Shown piece by piece: positions 48,367-57,913 of a stretch of DNA of 64,000 nucleotides. Within the stretch, counting starts at the first letter, position 1; every line of letters begins with the position of its first letter. The stretch is taken from assembly GCA_965203905.1 (NCBI GenBank), contig CBDBDQ010000005.1, positions 7,424,001 to 7,488,000 on the forward strand. The letters are read 5' to 3'. The notes beneath the pieces are model-generated. The model was not told the DNA's origin and ran no database searches. It was given only the letters and a program-made list of their open reading frames with translations. The position numbers and the translations under genes are program-made. Source of the DNA: Spirochaetia bacterium (GTDB taxonomy: Bacteria; Spirochaetota; Spirochaetia; SZUA-6; Bin103).

Positions 48367-51300
48367 TCAGCGGCCGGCCTCGGTCACGTAGCGCAGATAG
48401 GTGGCACGTACCCGCGCGGTTACGGTCGCCAGCAGGTCATTGAACGCCGACACCGAGGCGCCGGCGCCCATCATGCGCCGCGCCAGCGCCGCCAGGGCGG
48501 CGTCGGAGCTGGGCAGTACGTGCACCTGACGGTCCTCGAACACCTGCAGAGAGTGCTCCAGGCGACGCAGAAACAGGTAGTCCTCCCGCAACTGCGCGGC
48601 GCTGCCGGCGCCGAGCACACCCGCCCGCTGCAGGCCCTCGAGCGCCGCGACGGTGCTGCCGCACACCAACTCCGGATGCTGCACCAGGTGCTGCAGTTGC
48701 AACCCCTGAACCAGGAACTCGAGGTCGCGTATGCCGCCGGCACCCGACTTGATGTCGCGGCCCTGGTTGAGTCGGCGCTGAGCCTGACCGGCAACGGCCA
48801 GATTGCGCAGGCGCTCGATGGTGGCGAAGGCGCGCGCGCCGCGCCCGTCCGGATCGCTCCCGAGCCGGGCGAACGCGGCACGCGCGCGCTGCAACAGGGC
48901 CTGACCGACCGCCCGATTGCCCGCGACCGGGCGCATGCGCAACAGCGCCTGCACCTCCCAGTCGTTGGCCGGCCCCGCGTAGTAGGCGGCCAGAGAGCTG
49001 AGTGACTGTGCCAGCTCCCCGGAGCTGCCGTAGGGACGCAGACGCCAATCGACCCGGTACGCGGCCATCTCGCCACGGTGCGCCGCCAGCGTCGTCCCCA
49101 GGGTGCGGGCCAGCTCCGTGACGCCGTGCGCCAGCTCCGTGCTCCTCGCGGGCGCGAGGCCGCGATCGTCGTACAGGGCCACCAGGTCGATGTCGGAGCT
49201 GTAGTTCAGCTCCTCCGCTCCCAGCTTGCCGTAGGCCAGAATGCACACCCGCTCGCGCAGCTCGGGCCGCTCCGCGGCCAGATCGCGTACCGCCACGTGT
49301 ATGAACGCCTCGGCGACCACGGACAGCTCCCGCATCACGTCGGTGACGGGGGCCTGCAGGCAGTAGTCCCGAATCGCGATCCGCAGGATCTCGCGCCGCC
49401 GCAGGATGCGTAGCCGCGGCCGCCAGAATCGGCGCCCGCCCAACTCCTTCACCACGTCCTGCAGCCGGCGCCGCCGGCGCAGTCGCTCCGGTTCGGTAAC
49501 CCAGTCGAACAGCTCCGGACTGCGCACCAGGGCATCCGCCAGGAATTGACTGGTGGCGAAGATCCGAATCAACAGCTCCAGACGCGTCGGCTGCCGCATC
49601 AGGGTACGGAAGTGGTGGCCCGGCTCGTCCAGTGCGGCGACGTAGCGTTCCCAGTTGTTGAGAGCGCGGTCGGGATCGGACTGGTGCGCCAGTTCGTCAC
49701 CGGCGAGCACGGCCAGACGGGCGAACTCCATGCGGTCGGGCGCGCGGGAGGCCAGGCGCACCACATTGGCCGCCGCCCGTTGCGGATGGGCGAAGCCCAG
49801 CCGGCTCAGGACGCGGGCCGCGCCGCCGGCGTCGGCACCGTCATCGGTCGGGCTCAAAACCAGGTCGGCGACGCCGGTAATGCTGCCGGAGCCCAGGGAG
49901 CCGTGGCCGAGGTGGGTGTCGATGAAGCCGCGCACGGCAGCGCGGCGGGTCTCCAACTCCAGGTGCAGCCGCTGCGCCGGAGTCAGCCCCGACGCTCCCC
50001 GGTACGCCATGCGCCGCGCCAGGTGGCCGTACTCTACCGCGCCCGGTTCCGGCAGGTAGAGGTCGAGGGCGGACCCGCGCAGGATACGCAACGCGTTGAT
50101 CAGGCGGCGGTAGAAGTCGTATGCGGCGCCCACCTGCTCCGCCTCCAGCTGCGCCAGAATCCCGGCCTGCGCCAACTCCTCGAGGGCCCGGTGTACGCTG
50201 GGAGTGCGCAACGCCGCCCGGTCCGTACCGTAGCGAACCTGCAGCATCTGCACCGCGTACTCCACGTCCACCAGGGCACCGGGACTGAACTTGGCGTTCA
50301 GGCGGCTCTCGGCGTCGTATTCTTCTACCTGGCGGCGGCGCATCCGGTGCACCTCGTCCAGCGGTATGGCACCGGTGCGGTAGACGAACTCGTCGCGCAG
50401 CCGTTCCAGGCGCGCGCCGAGCTCCCGGTCGCCCGCCACGGCGCGCAGCCGGATCAGCGCCAGCCGTTCGTAGGCCAGCGCTTCGCCGCCGGGGCCGTAG
50501 TAGCGGGCGAAACTCTCCAGGCTCACGGCACGCGGGCCGGCCGCCCCGTACGGCCGCAGGCGCAGGTCGACCTCGAAGATCCCGGCCCGCTTGGCACTGA
50601 TGCGGTTGACCGTTTCCTGCACCAGGCGCCCGTAGTACTCGCCGTTGCCGATCTGCTGCGGGCCGGTGGTGGTCCCGTGGTCGCCGTACACGAACATCAA
50701 CTCGATGTCGGAGGCGTAGCCCAGGGCGCTGCCGCCCATCTTGCCGAGTCCCACCACCGCCAGCCGGGTATCGATGCCGCCCAGGGTCCGCGGTATTCCG
50801 AACTGCGGGCGCAGCGCGTCCGCGGCCAACCCCAGCGCGGCGGCAACCACACACTCGGCCAGCCGGGTCAGGCGCGCGGCGAGCTGCGGCACACCCCCCT
50901 CGCGACTGAGCACGTGCTCCAGGTCGATCAGGAACGCCTCCCGATCCTTGAACGCGTTGAGCGCGGCCACCCGGTCGGCCGCGGTGGGCGCCGCCGCCAC
51001 CGCCTCCCGCAGCCGTTGCCCCACGGTGGCGTCGTCACTGAAGCGGTGCCGTTGCTCCGGTTCCAACATCGGCAACAGGGTTTCGAACTGCTGGCGAATG
51101 AAGTCCTCCCACAGGTAGTCGCTGGTGCCGAGGAGCAGTGCCAGCTCACCCATGATGCGGGGGTCGGCCAGCAGATCGAGGAGACGTCCCTCCTCCGGCA
51201 GCCCGAGGATCTGCTCCGTAAGCTGTTCGAAGCGCAGCAACGCCGCGGAGGGGTCGGGCGCCAGGCCCACGAAGTAGGCGAACTGCTTGGTGAGCAGCAC

Positions 51301-52254
51301 CGAGAGCTTGATCTGATTCAACAGCGTGGGATTGGCGATCGCCGCGCCCGCACGATCCACCACATCCACCACGTCCTCTACCCGTCCCGACTCGGTCGTG
51401 ATCCGTACGCGCTGGATGGACACGTCGCGCAACGCCAGCGCGGCACTGAAGCTGTACAGGAACAGCGGCGTATCCTGAGACACGATGCGCATGCGCGTGA
51501 CGGCGCCGCCGTCGGCGGCCACGACGTTGGAAACTTCGATCTGCACCGGATACAGCGCGGGCGATGTGGGCCAGTGGCGCCGGATGGTCTCCGCCACCAT
51601 TTCGCTCACCCGGCGCCGCGCCGCCTCCGGTGCGCTCCGTTCCAGGTCGCCCGCCACCTCCAGCAGGCGCTGCTCCAGCTGCTGGCGCCACGCCTCCACG
51701 CTCAGGGCACCGGCCTCGGCGGAAACGCGCCGGCCGCGGAAGCGGTCGACGATCATCCGCCGCGGTTGCGGCGCTTGCCGCAGGGTACGGCTTCGCCCGC
51801 GCCGCCGGAGGCGGTCGGCGGCCGCGCGCGAGGTGGCTCGCCGCGATGCCCGTGCGGTCGCGCCTGCCGCAGCATGAGAACCTTCATCGACGCTGCGGGA
51901 CTCGCTGCCGTAGGTGAACGCGGTCCCGGAGTCGATGGCGAATCCGCAGGCACCGAGCACGCCGGTGATGAGAGAGAACATGCCCGCGTGGTCGGCGGCG
52001 AGAATCGTGCACGACAGCGCCTCCGCATCGCCGGCGCCTGCCGCGACCGAGCCGGTCTCCGCGGCGGCGGCCGCCAGCACCACCGCCAGCGGCCGGCGGC
52101 CGTCCAGCCGGCTGATCTCGCGGATGTGCGCCACCACCTCGGGCAGGGAGAACTCAGCGTAGTACTCGTCTCCCAGCCGTGCCAGGTGCGCGTCGATGAA
52201 CGGTTCGTCGACTCCGTCGAGCTGCCTGGCGAGCACCTCACGCCGCGGCTTCAT
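48367..52254 (-). CDS. glnE: Glutamine synthetase adenylyltransferase/deadenylylase with N-terminal GlnD-like ACT domains
   Basis: Two nucleotidyltransferase domains (GKMGGSALGYASDIE...VDLRLRPYG; GKLGAEELNYSSDID...VDWRLRPYG) preceded by two ACT-like units. Confidence 0.93.
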   Translation of the reverse strand: MKPRREVLARQLDGVDEPFIDAHLARLGDEYYAEFSLPEVVAHIREISRLDGRRPLAVVLAAAAAETGSVAAGAGDAEALSCTILAADHAGMFSLITGVLGACGFAIDSGTAFTYGSESRSVDEGSHAAAGATARASRRATSRAAADRLRRRGRSRTLRQAPQPRRMIVDRFRGRRVSAEAGALSVEAWRQQLEQRLLEVAGDLERSAPEAARRRVSEMVAETIRRHWPTSPALYPVQIEVSNVVAADGGAVTRMRIVSQDTPLFLYSFSAALALRDVSIQRVRITTESGRVEDVVDVVDRAGAAIANPTLLNQIKLSVLLTKQFAYFVGLAPDPSAALLRFEQLTEQILGLPEEGRLLDLLADPRIMGELALLLGTSDYLWEDFIRQQFETLLPMLEPEQRHRFSDDATVGQRLREAVAAAPTAADRVAALNAFKDREAFLIDLEHVLSREGGVPQLAARLTRLAECVVAAALGLAADALRPQFGIPRTLGGIDTRLAVVGLGKMGGSALGYASDIELMFVYGDHGTTTGPQQIGNGEYYGRLVQETVNRISAKRAGIFEVDLRLRPYGAAGPRAVSLESFARYYGPGGEALAYERLALIRLRAVAGDRELGARLERLRDEFVYRTGAIPLDEVHRMRRRQVEEYDAESRLNAKFSPGALVDVEYAVQMLQVRYGTDRAALRTPSVHRALEELAQAGILAQLEAEQVGAAYDFYRRLINALRILRGSALDLYLPEPGAVEYGHLARRMAYRGASGLTPAQRLHLELETRRAAVRGFIDTHLGHGSLGSGSITGVADLVLSPTDDGADAGGAARVLSRLGFAHPQRAAANVVRLASRAPDRMEFARLAVLAGDELAHQSDPDRALNNWERYVAALDEPGHHFRTLMRQPTRLELLIRIFATSQFLADALVRSPELFDWVTEPERLRRRRRLQDVVKELGGRRFWRPRLRILRRREILRIAIRDYCLQAPVTDVMRELSVVAEAFIHVAVRDLAAERPELRERVCILAYGKLGAEELNYSSDIDLVALYDDRGLAPARSTELAHGVTELARTLGTTLAAHRGEMAAYRVDWRLRPYGSSGELAQSLSSLAAYYAGPANDWEVQALLRMRPVAGNRAVGQALLQRARAAFARLGSDPDGRGARAFATIERLRNLAVAGQAQRRLNQGRDIKSGAGGIRDLEFLVQGLQLQHLVQHPELVCGSTVAALEGLQRAGVLGAGSAAQLREDYLFLRRLEHSLQVFEDRQVHVLPSSDAALAALARRMMGAGASVSAFNDLLATVTARVRATYLRYVTEAGR

Positions 52255-52309
52255 CGGTACCTTCAGGGTACGCGAACCGGACCCGCGGAGTCACCTTGTC
52301 GCGAAAACG

Positions 52310-52377
52310 CCAGGAGCCATGCCGCCGCAACGACATGGCTCCTGCTGAGACGCTCTTGCCTGCTGCTTCAGCAGCAG
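52310..52377 (-). terminator. Hairpins between glnA and glnE
   Basis: CAGGAGCCATG-N12-CATGGCTCCTG (52310-52343) and CTGCTGC-TTCA-GCAGCAG (52360-52377). Confidence 0.55.
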
Positions 52378-52389
52378 CGCACCGTCACC

Positions 52390-53811
52390 TCAGATGTCGT
52401 AGTACAGGGCGAACTCCCACGGGTGCGGGCGCAGGTCGAGGGCGGTAACCTCGTTCTCCATCTTGTAGTCGATCCAGGTCTCGAGCACGTCCTCGGTGAA
52501 CACGTCCCCCTTGAGCAGGAACTCATGGTCGTCACGCAGCGCTTCCAGCGCCTCCCGTAGCGAACCGGGGGTGGTTCGGACCTTGGCCAGCTCCTCCGGC
52601 GGCAGATCGTAGAGGTCACGGTCCAGCGGCTCGCCGGGATGGATCTTGTTGGTGATGCCGTCGATCGCCGCCATCACCATGGCCGCGAACCCGAGATAGG
52701 GATTGCAGGATGGATCGGGACAGCGGAACTCGACGCGCTTCGCCTTGGGTGAGGTGGAGTACATGGGAATGCGCACGGCGGCGCTGCGGTTGCGGCGCGA
52801 GTAGGCCAGGTTGACCGGTGCCTCGAAGCCCGGCACCAGCCGCTTGAAGCTGTTGGTCGTGGGATTGGTGAAGCCGATGATCGCGGCCGCGTGGGTGAGC
52901 AGTCCGCCAATGGCGTACAGTGCCATCTCCGACAGCCCTGCGTAACCGTCGCCGGCAAACAGGTTGTTGTCACCCTTCCAGAACGACATGTGGACGTGCA
53001 TGCCGCTGCCGTTGTCCTCGAACAGCGGCTTGGGCATGAAGGTGGCGGTTTTGTTGTAGCGGCGCGCGGTGTTCTTCACCACGTACTTGTACTTGAGCAT
53101 GTTGTCGGCCATGGTCACCAGGGGCGCGAAGCGCATGTCGATCTCGCCCTGGCCGCCGGTGGCTACCTCGTGATGCTGCGCCTCGATGAGAACGCCCATG
53201 TCCTCCAGCGTCATCATCATCTCGCTGCGCAGGTCCTGCAGGCTGTCGGTCGGCGGCACCGGGAAGTAGCCTTCCTTGTAGCGCGGCTTGTAGGCCAGGT
53301 TGGGGTTCTCTTCACGCCCGGAGTTCCAGCGCCCCTCCTCCGAGTCGATGTGATAGTAGCCCTCGTGCTCGTTCTGGTCGAAGCGCACGTCGTCGAAGAT
53401 GAAGAATTCCGCCTCCGGCCCGAAAAAGGCGATGTCGGCGAGGCCGGAGGAACTGAGGTAGGCCTCGGCCTTGCGTGCGATGTTGCGCGGGTCACGGGTG
53501 TAGTCCTCTCCGGTCATCGGATCCGAGATGTTGCAGATCATGACCAGCGTCTTGCGGGCCAGGAACGGGTCGATGAAGCCGGTCTCCGGAATCGGCTTGA
53601 CCAGCATGTCGGACTCATTGATCGACTGCCAGCCGCGGATGCTGGAACCGTCGAAGCCGAGGCCGCCCTCGAAATCGTCCTCCGACAGCTCGCGGGCGGG
53701 AATCGAGAAATGCTGCCACAGACCGGGGAAGTCCATGAAGCGCAGGTCGATGACCTCGATCGTTTCCTCGGCGATCAGCTTCATCACATCACCAGGTGTC
53801 TTGAGATTCAC
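52390..53811 (-). CDS. glnA: Glutamine synthetase type I (adenylylatable)
   Basis: [43 protein letters not shown], adenylylation loop DLYDLPPEE. Confidence 0.98.
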   Translation of the reverse strand: MNLKTPGDVMKLIAEETIEVIDLRFMDFPGLWQHFSIPARELSEDDFEGGLGFDGSSIRGWQSINESDMLVKPIPETGFIDPFLARKTLVMICNISDPMTGEDYTRDPRNIARKAEAYLSSSGLADIAFFGPEAEFFIFDDVRFDQNEHEGYYHIDSEEGRWNSGREENPNLAYKPRYKEGYFPVPPTDSLQDLRSEMMMTLEDMGVLIEAQHHEVATGGQGEIDMRFAPLVTMADNMLKYKYVVKNTARRYNKTATFMPKPLFEDNGSGMHVHMSFWKGDNNLFAGDGYAGLSEMALYAIGGLLTHAAAIIGFTNPTTNSFKRLVPGFEAPVNLAYSRRNRSAAVRIPMYSTSPKAKRVEFRCPDPSCNPYLGFAAMVMAAIDGITNKIHPGEPLDRDLYDLPPEELAKVRTTPGSLREALEALRDDHEFLLKGDVFTEDVLETWIDYKMENEVTALDLRPHPWEFALYYDI

Positions 53812-53861
53812 TGTTTCCTCCTCATGAATCGCGCGCTAGCGCACTACGTCACCCAAGTATT

Positions 53862-53877
53862 AGCAAGATCCATACCA
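53862..53877 (-). promoter_or_regulatory. sigma54 -24/-12 promoter of glnA-glnE
   Basis: Minus strand TGGTAT-GGATC-TTGCT, with correct GG-N10-GC spacing. Confidence 0.85.
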
Positions 53878-53919
53878 TGGCTCGAAACCACTCGATACTG
53901 CCTGCATCGCACGCGGAGA

Positions 53920-53967
53920 GCTACATGTATGTAGGGCACCGCGCCAGGATTCCTACCAAATGGTTCG
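53920..53967. promoter_or_regulatory. Paired upstream activator sites for glnA
   Basis: GCTAC-N6-GTAGG (53920-53935) and CCTAC-N6-GTTCG (53952-53967), 32 bp apart. Confidence 0.7.
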
Positions 53968-54015
53968 ATTCTCGATTCGTTGATCGCCGAGCCAGGGGCG
54001 TGCTATACAACCGAC

Positions 54016-54441
54016 GTGGCAAGTCTATCGAGAACCCTGGCCCTGATCAAACCCGACGCCTTCGACCGCCGCCTAACCGGCAAGCTCATCGACGCCGCCC
54101 TGGAAGCCGGCCTCGCCATCGTGTCCGTAAAGAGCGTCAAACTCAACCGCGCCCAGGCCGAGGCGTTCTACGCGGTGCATCGCGAGCGGCCCTTCTTCTC
54201 GTCGCTGGTCGAATTCATGACCTCGGGCACCACGGTGGCCATGGTCCTGGAGGGAGCGGACGCGGTTGCCCTCTGGCGCCGGGCCATGGGCGCCACCGAC
54301 CCCGCCGACGCGGCGGAGGGCACCATCCGCCGCCGCTTCGCGGAGTCGATAGAACGCAACTGCTGCCACGGCTCAGACTCCGACGCCAACGCCGCCATCG
54401 AAATAGGCTGCTTCTTCAGCGGCGAGGAACTGCTCAGATAG
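54016..54441 (+). CDS. ndk: Nucleoside diphosphate kinase
   Basis: RTLALIKPDA, FYAVH.ERPFF, GATDP..A..GTIR, N..HGSDS. Confidence 0.97.
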   Translation: MASLSRTLALIKPDAFDRRLTGKLIDAALEAGLAIVSVKSVKLNRAQAEAFYAVHRERPFFSSLVEFMTSGTTVAMVLEGADAVALWRRAMGATDPADAAEGTIRRRFAESIERNCCHGSDSDANAAIEIGCFFSGEELLR

Positions 54442-54453
54442 CCTGCGGCGGCA

Positions 54454-55338
54454 TCAGACCGCGGACGATGCCGCCGGTACCGCGGTGGCGCGTTGGGCCA
54501 GCACGAAGCCGGTGAGGGCTTGCAGGGCGCGGCGCGACTCGCTCGCGGAGAAGCGGTCCAGGATGGTTCCGGCCAGGCGCGCGTGCTCGCCGGCACGCTG
54601 CACCAGCGCCAGCTCCGTGGCGAGGGCGTCCTGATCCATCTGGTCGTCCATCAACTGGAAGGCCAGTCCGAATTGCAGCCCGAACTCGCCGGCGGCGGCG
54701 ACCTGCGGCTCGGAGCCGCCCCCGACCAGCGCACCTGAAGCGCAGCACGCGGACATCAACGCGGCGGTCTTGCTGCGGATGATGGCGAGGTAGTCGTCCA
54801 CGGTAATCTCCAGGTGATAGCGCTTGATGCCGTGCTGGAAGATCTCCCCCTGGCTCATGCTCTTGGTCACCGCGCAGTACAACTGCACCAGGCGCAGCCG
54901 TTGCTCGGCGGGCAACGGCAGCTCGGCGATCAGACTGAAGAACTGGGCGTACAACACGTCGCCCACCAGCACCGCGATGCTGGTCCCGAATTCGCGATAT
55001 ATCGCGGCGCGGGCGCGGCGCACGACGGCATGGTCGATGATGTCATCGTGAATCAGCGACGCCGCGTGCACCAGCTCCGCCGCCACCGCCATGGTAACCA
55101 GCGGCGAGCCGGGGACGCGCGTGACATCGGCGCCGCCGACCGCACGGCCGCTGAACAGCACCAGCGCGGGGCGCAGCAGCTTGCCCCGCATGGCACTGAG
55201 CGAGGTGACTATCTCCCTGAGGTAGGCGTGGCGCTCGACCAGCTTCTCGTGGTTCTCCGCGAGTGACCGGATCTGCAGCTCTAGCTCGGCCTCGACCAGC
55301 CTCAGGTCCGCCGCGATCGGCCCGTAGATCTGCTCCAG
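54454..55338 (-). CDS. Polyprenyl diphosphate synthase (start uncertain; CTG at 55338 proposed)
   Basis: GKLLRP, ELVHAASLIHDDIID..RR, GD, GE..Q, KTA, FQLMDDQMD; homology runs upstream of the first ATG (55191). Confidence 0.9.
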   Translation of the reverse strand: MEQIYGPIAADLRLVEAELELQIRSLAENHEKLVERHAYLREIVTSLSAMRGKLLRPALVLFSGRAVGGADVTRVPGSPLVTMAVAAELVHAASLIHDDIIDHAVVRRARAAIYREFGTSIAVLVGDVLYAQFFSLIAELPLPAEQRLRLVQLYCAVTKSMSQGEIFQHGIKRYHLEITVDDYLAIIRSKTAALMSACCASGALVGGGSEPQVAAAGEFGLQFGLAFQLMDDQMDQDALATELALVQRAGEHARLAGTILDRFSASESRRALQALTGFVLAQRATAVPAASSAV

Positions 55339-55371
55339 CGATGGGGGGCTGCAGGGACGAACGACAGACTC

Positions 55372-56592
55372 CTAAAATTCGTCGTAACGGATCATCTCGG
55401 GTTCGACGCCGAGGTCGTAGAGCATCTTCTGCACCGCGGTCAGCATCAGCGGCGGACCGCACAGGTAGTACTCGATGTCCTCCGGCGCCTCCTGCTTGCC
55501 CAGGTACTCGTCCAGCACCACCTGGTGGATGAAGCCCACCGGACCGTCCCAGTTGTCTTCGGGCAGCGGCTCCGAAAGCGCAATGTGGAAGGAGAAATTG
55601 GGAAACTTCTCCTCGATGTCGCGGAAGTGATCCTCGTAGAAGATCTCGCGCTTGGAGCGCGCGCCGTACCAGTAGGAGACCTTGCGCCCGGTCTGCAAGG
55701 TCTGGAACAGGTGGAATATGTGCGCGCGCAACGGCGCCATGCCGGCACCGCCGCCGATGTACACCATCTCGCGCTCGGTCTCCTGGATGAAGAACTCGCC
55801 ATAGGGCCCGGAGATGGTCACCACGTCGCCCGGTTTGCGGGCATACACGTAGGATGATGCGAGGCCTGGCTGTACCTCCATACCGCGCGGCGGGGTCGCG
55901 ATGCGCACGTTGAGCATCACGATGTTGCCCTCGGCCGGATGGTTGGCCATCGAGTAGGCGCGCTGGATCGGCATCGTGTTCTTGGCGTTGAGCGAGAACA
56001 GATTCATTCGCTGCCAGTCTTCGAGGTACTCCTCCTCGATCTGGATGTCCTTGGAAAAGTCGATCTCGTAGGGCGGCACCTCGATCTGGATGTAACCGCC
56101 GGAACGGTGATTGAGCTCCTCGCCCTCGGGCATGCGCAGCACGAACTCGCGGATGAAGGTGGCGACGCTGTCGTTGGAGATCACCTCGCACTGCCACTTG
56201 TTGATCGAGAACACCTCGTCCGGGACCTGCACCTGCATGTCGTCGCGCACCTTGACCTGGCACGACAGCCGCCAGTTCTCCTTGGCGTCGCGGAAGTTGA
56301 TGTGCTGCTGCTCGGTCGGCAGGATGTCGCCGCCGCCGTCCAGCACCTGGCAGCGGCACACGCCGCAGGTACCGCCGCCGCCGCACGCCGACGGCAGCAT
56401 GACCCCGTTGCTCGACAGGGTATTGAGCAGAGTGCCCCCGGCGTCGGTCTCGATCGCGCCTTCCTCGTCGCCGTTGATCGTGATCTTGATCTTGCGCTGC
56501 GGGCGCAGCCGCGCCTCGGCCGCCAGCAGGGCGACCGTGAGCAATCCGATCACTACGGGGAATACGATAATGCTTCCGAATACCTGCAACAT
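55372..56592 (-). CDS. nqrF: Na+-translocating NADH:quinone oxidoreductase subunit F
   Basis: SACGGGGTCGVC, RLSCQ, RAYSMAN, GGGAGMAP, YLCGPP. Confidence 0.97.
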   Translation of the reverse strand: MLQVFGSIIVFPVVIGLLTVALLAAEARLRPQRKIKITINGDEEGAIETDAGGTLLNTLSSNGVMLPSACGGGGTCGVCRCQVLDGGGDILPTEQQHINFRDAKENWRLSCQVKVRDDMQVQVPDEVFSINKWQCEVISNDSVATFIREFVLRMPEGEELNHRSGGYIQIEVPPYEIDFSKDIQIEEEYLEDWQRMNLFSLNAKNTMPIQRAYSMANHPAEGNIVMLNVRIATPPRGMEVQPGLASSYVYARKPGDVVTISGPYGEFFIQETEREMVYIGGGAGMAPLRAHIFHLFQTLQTGRKVSYWYGARSKREIFYEDHFRDIEEKFPNFSFHIALSEPLPEDNWDGPVGFIHQVVLDEYLGKQEAPEDIEYYLCGPPLMLTAVQKMLYDLGVEPEMIRYDEF

Positions 56593-56604
56593 CTTCGCTG
56601 CTCC

Positions 56605-57216
56605 CTACAGTTGAATGCCGGAAAACGCCATGAAGCCGATCGACATGAGTCCGGTGAGCAGCATCGTCATCCCCAGGCCGCGCAACGCCGGCGGCACGTT
56701 GGAATAGCGGATCTTCTCGCGAATCGAAGCCAACGCGATGATGGCCAGGGCCCAGCCTACTCCCGACGACAGCCCGAACACCACCGACTCGCCGAAGTTG
56801 TAGCTGCGCTCCACCATGAACAGTGAACCTCCCAGGATCGAACAGTTCACCGTGATCAAGGGCAGGTAGATGCCGAGCGCGTGGTACAGGCCGCTGGAGG
56901 TCTTCTCGATCACCATCTCCACCAGTTGCACCATGGCCGCGATCACGGCGATGAAGGCGATGAAGTTGAGGAAGCTCAGGTCCACTTCCTGCATCGCCGG
57001 GCTGACCCAGGCCAGGCTGCCCGCCTTGAGCAGGTACTCGTGCACCACCCAGTTGATCGGCATGGTGATGCCGAGCACGAAGATCACGGCGAAGCCGAGG
57101 CCGATGGCGGTCTTGACCTGCTTCGACACCGCCAGGAACGAGCACATCCCGAGGAAGAAGGCCAGCAGGATGTTCTCGACGAAAATCGCCTTGAGCGCCA
57201 GGTTGATCAGTGCCAT
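56605..57216 (-). CDS. nqrE: Na+-NQR subunit E
   Basis: [23 protein letters not shown]. Confidence 0.96.
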   Translation of the reverse strand: MALINLALKAIFVENILLAFFLGMCSFLAVSKQVKTAIGLGFAVIFVLGITMPINWVVHEYLLKAGSLAWVSPAMQEVDLSFLNFIAFIAVIAAMVQLVEMVIEKTSSGLYHALGIYLPLITVNCSILGGSLFMVERSYNFGESVVFGLSSGVGWALAIIALASIREKIRYSNVPPALRGLGMTMLLTGLMSIGFMAFSGIQL

Positions 57217-57219
57217 CGC

Positions 57220-57894
57220 CTAAGCCTCCTCGGTGTAGCCGCTCATGCGGCGCTGGGCCCAGATCAAAAGGCCCATCAGGATGAACGCCCCGGGGGCGAG
57301 CACCATCAATCCGTTGTCCACGTAACCGGCGTCGTACAACCCCTGCGGGATCACCTGCACTCCGTAGATCTTGCCACTTCCGAACAACTCTCTGCAGAAT
57401 CCGACAGCGAGGATCACCAGGGCGTAACCGACGCCGTTGCCCAGGGCGTCCAGCACGCTGGGCCACGGCTTGTTGCCCATCGCGAACGCCTCCAGCCGGC
57501 CCATGATGATGCAGTTGGTGATGATCAGGGCCACGAACACCGAGAGCTGGCGCGACACGTCGAAGGCGTACGCCTTGAGCACCTGGTCCACCAGCACCAC
57601 CAGCGATGCCACCACGGTCATCTGCACGATGATGCGCACGTTGTTGGGAATCAGCTTGCGCATCAACGAGATGATCAGGTTGGCCGACACCAGCACGAAG
57701 ACCACCGCGATGCCCATCACCAGCGACGGCTTGACCTGAGTGGTCACCGCCAACGCCGAGCAGATGCCGAGCACCTGGATGGTGATCGGGTTGTTCTCCG
57801 ACAGCGGATCCCTGAGCACCGTCCGGTTCTGCGGTGAGAACAGGGGCTCCCGTTCCTTGACCGGTGCCTGGGTTTGTACCTGGGGTTCTGCCAT
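57220..57894 (-). CDS. nqrD: Na+-NQR subunit D
   Basis: NPITIQVLGICSALAVT, LIITNCIIMGR. Confidence 0.96.
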   Translation of the reverse strand: MAEPQVQTQAPVKEREPLFSPQNRTVLRDPLSENNPITIQVLGICSALAVTTQVKPSLVMGIAVVFVLVSANLIISLMRKLIPNNVRIIVQMTVVASLVVLVDQVLKAYAFDVSRQLSVFVALIITNCIIMGRLEAFAMGNKPWPSVLDALGNGVGYALVILAVGFCRELFGSGKIYGVQVIPQGLYDAGYVDNGLMVLAPGAFILMGLLIWAQRRMSGYTEEA

Positions 57895-57913
57895 GAGCTT
57901 GCCTCTCCCTCTC

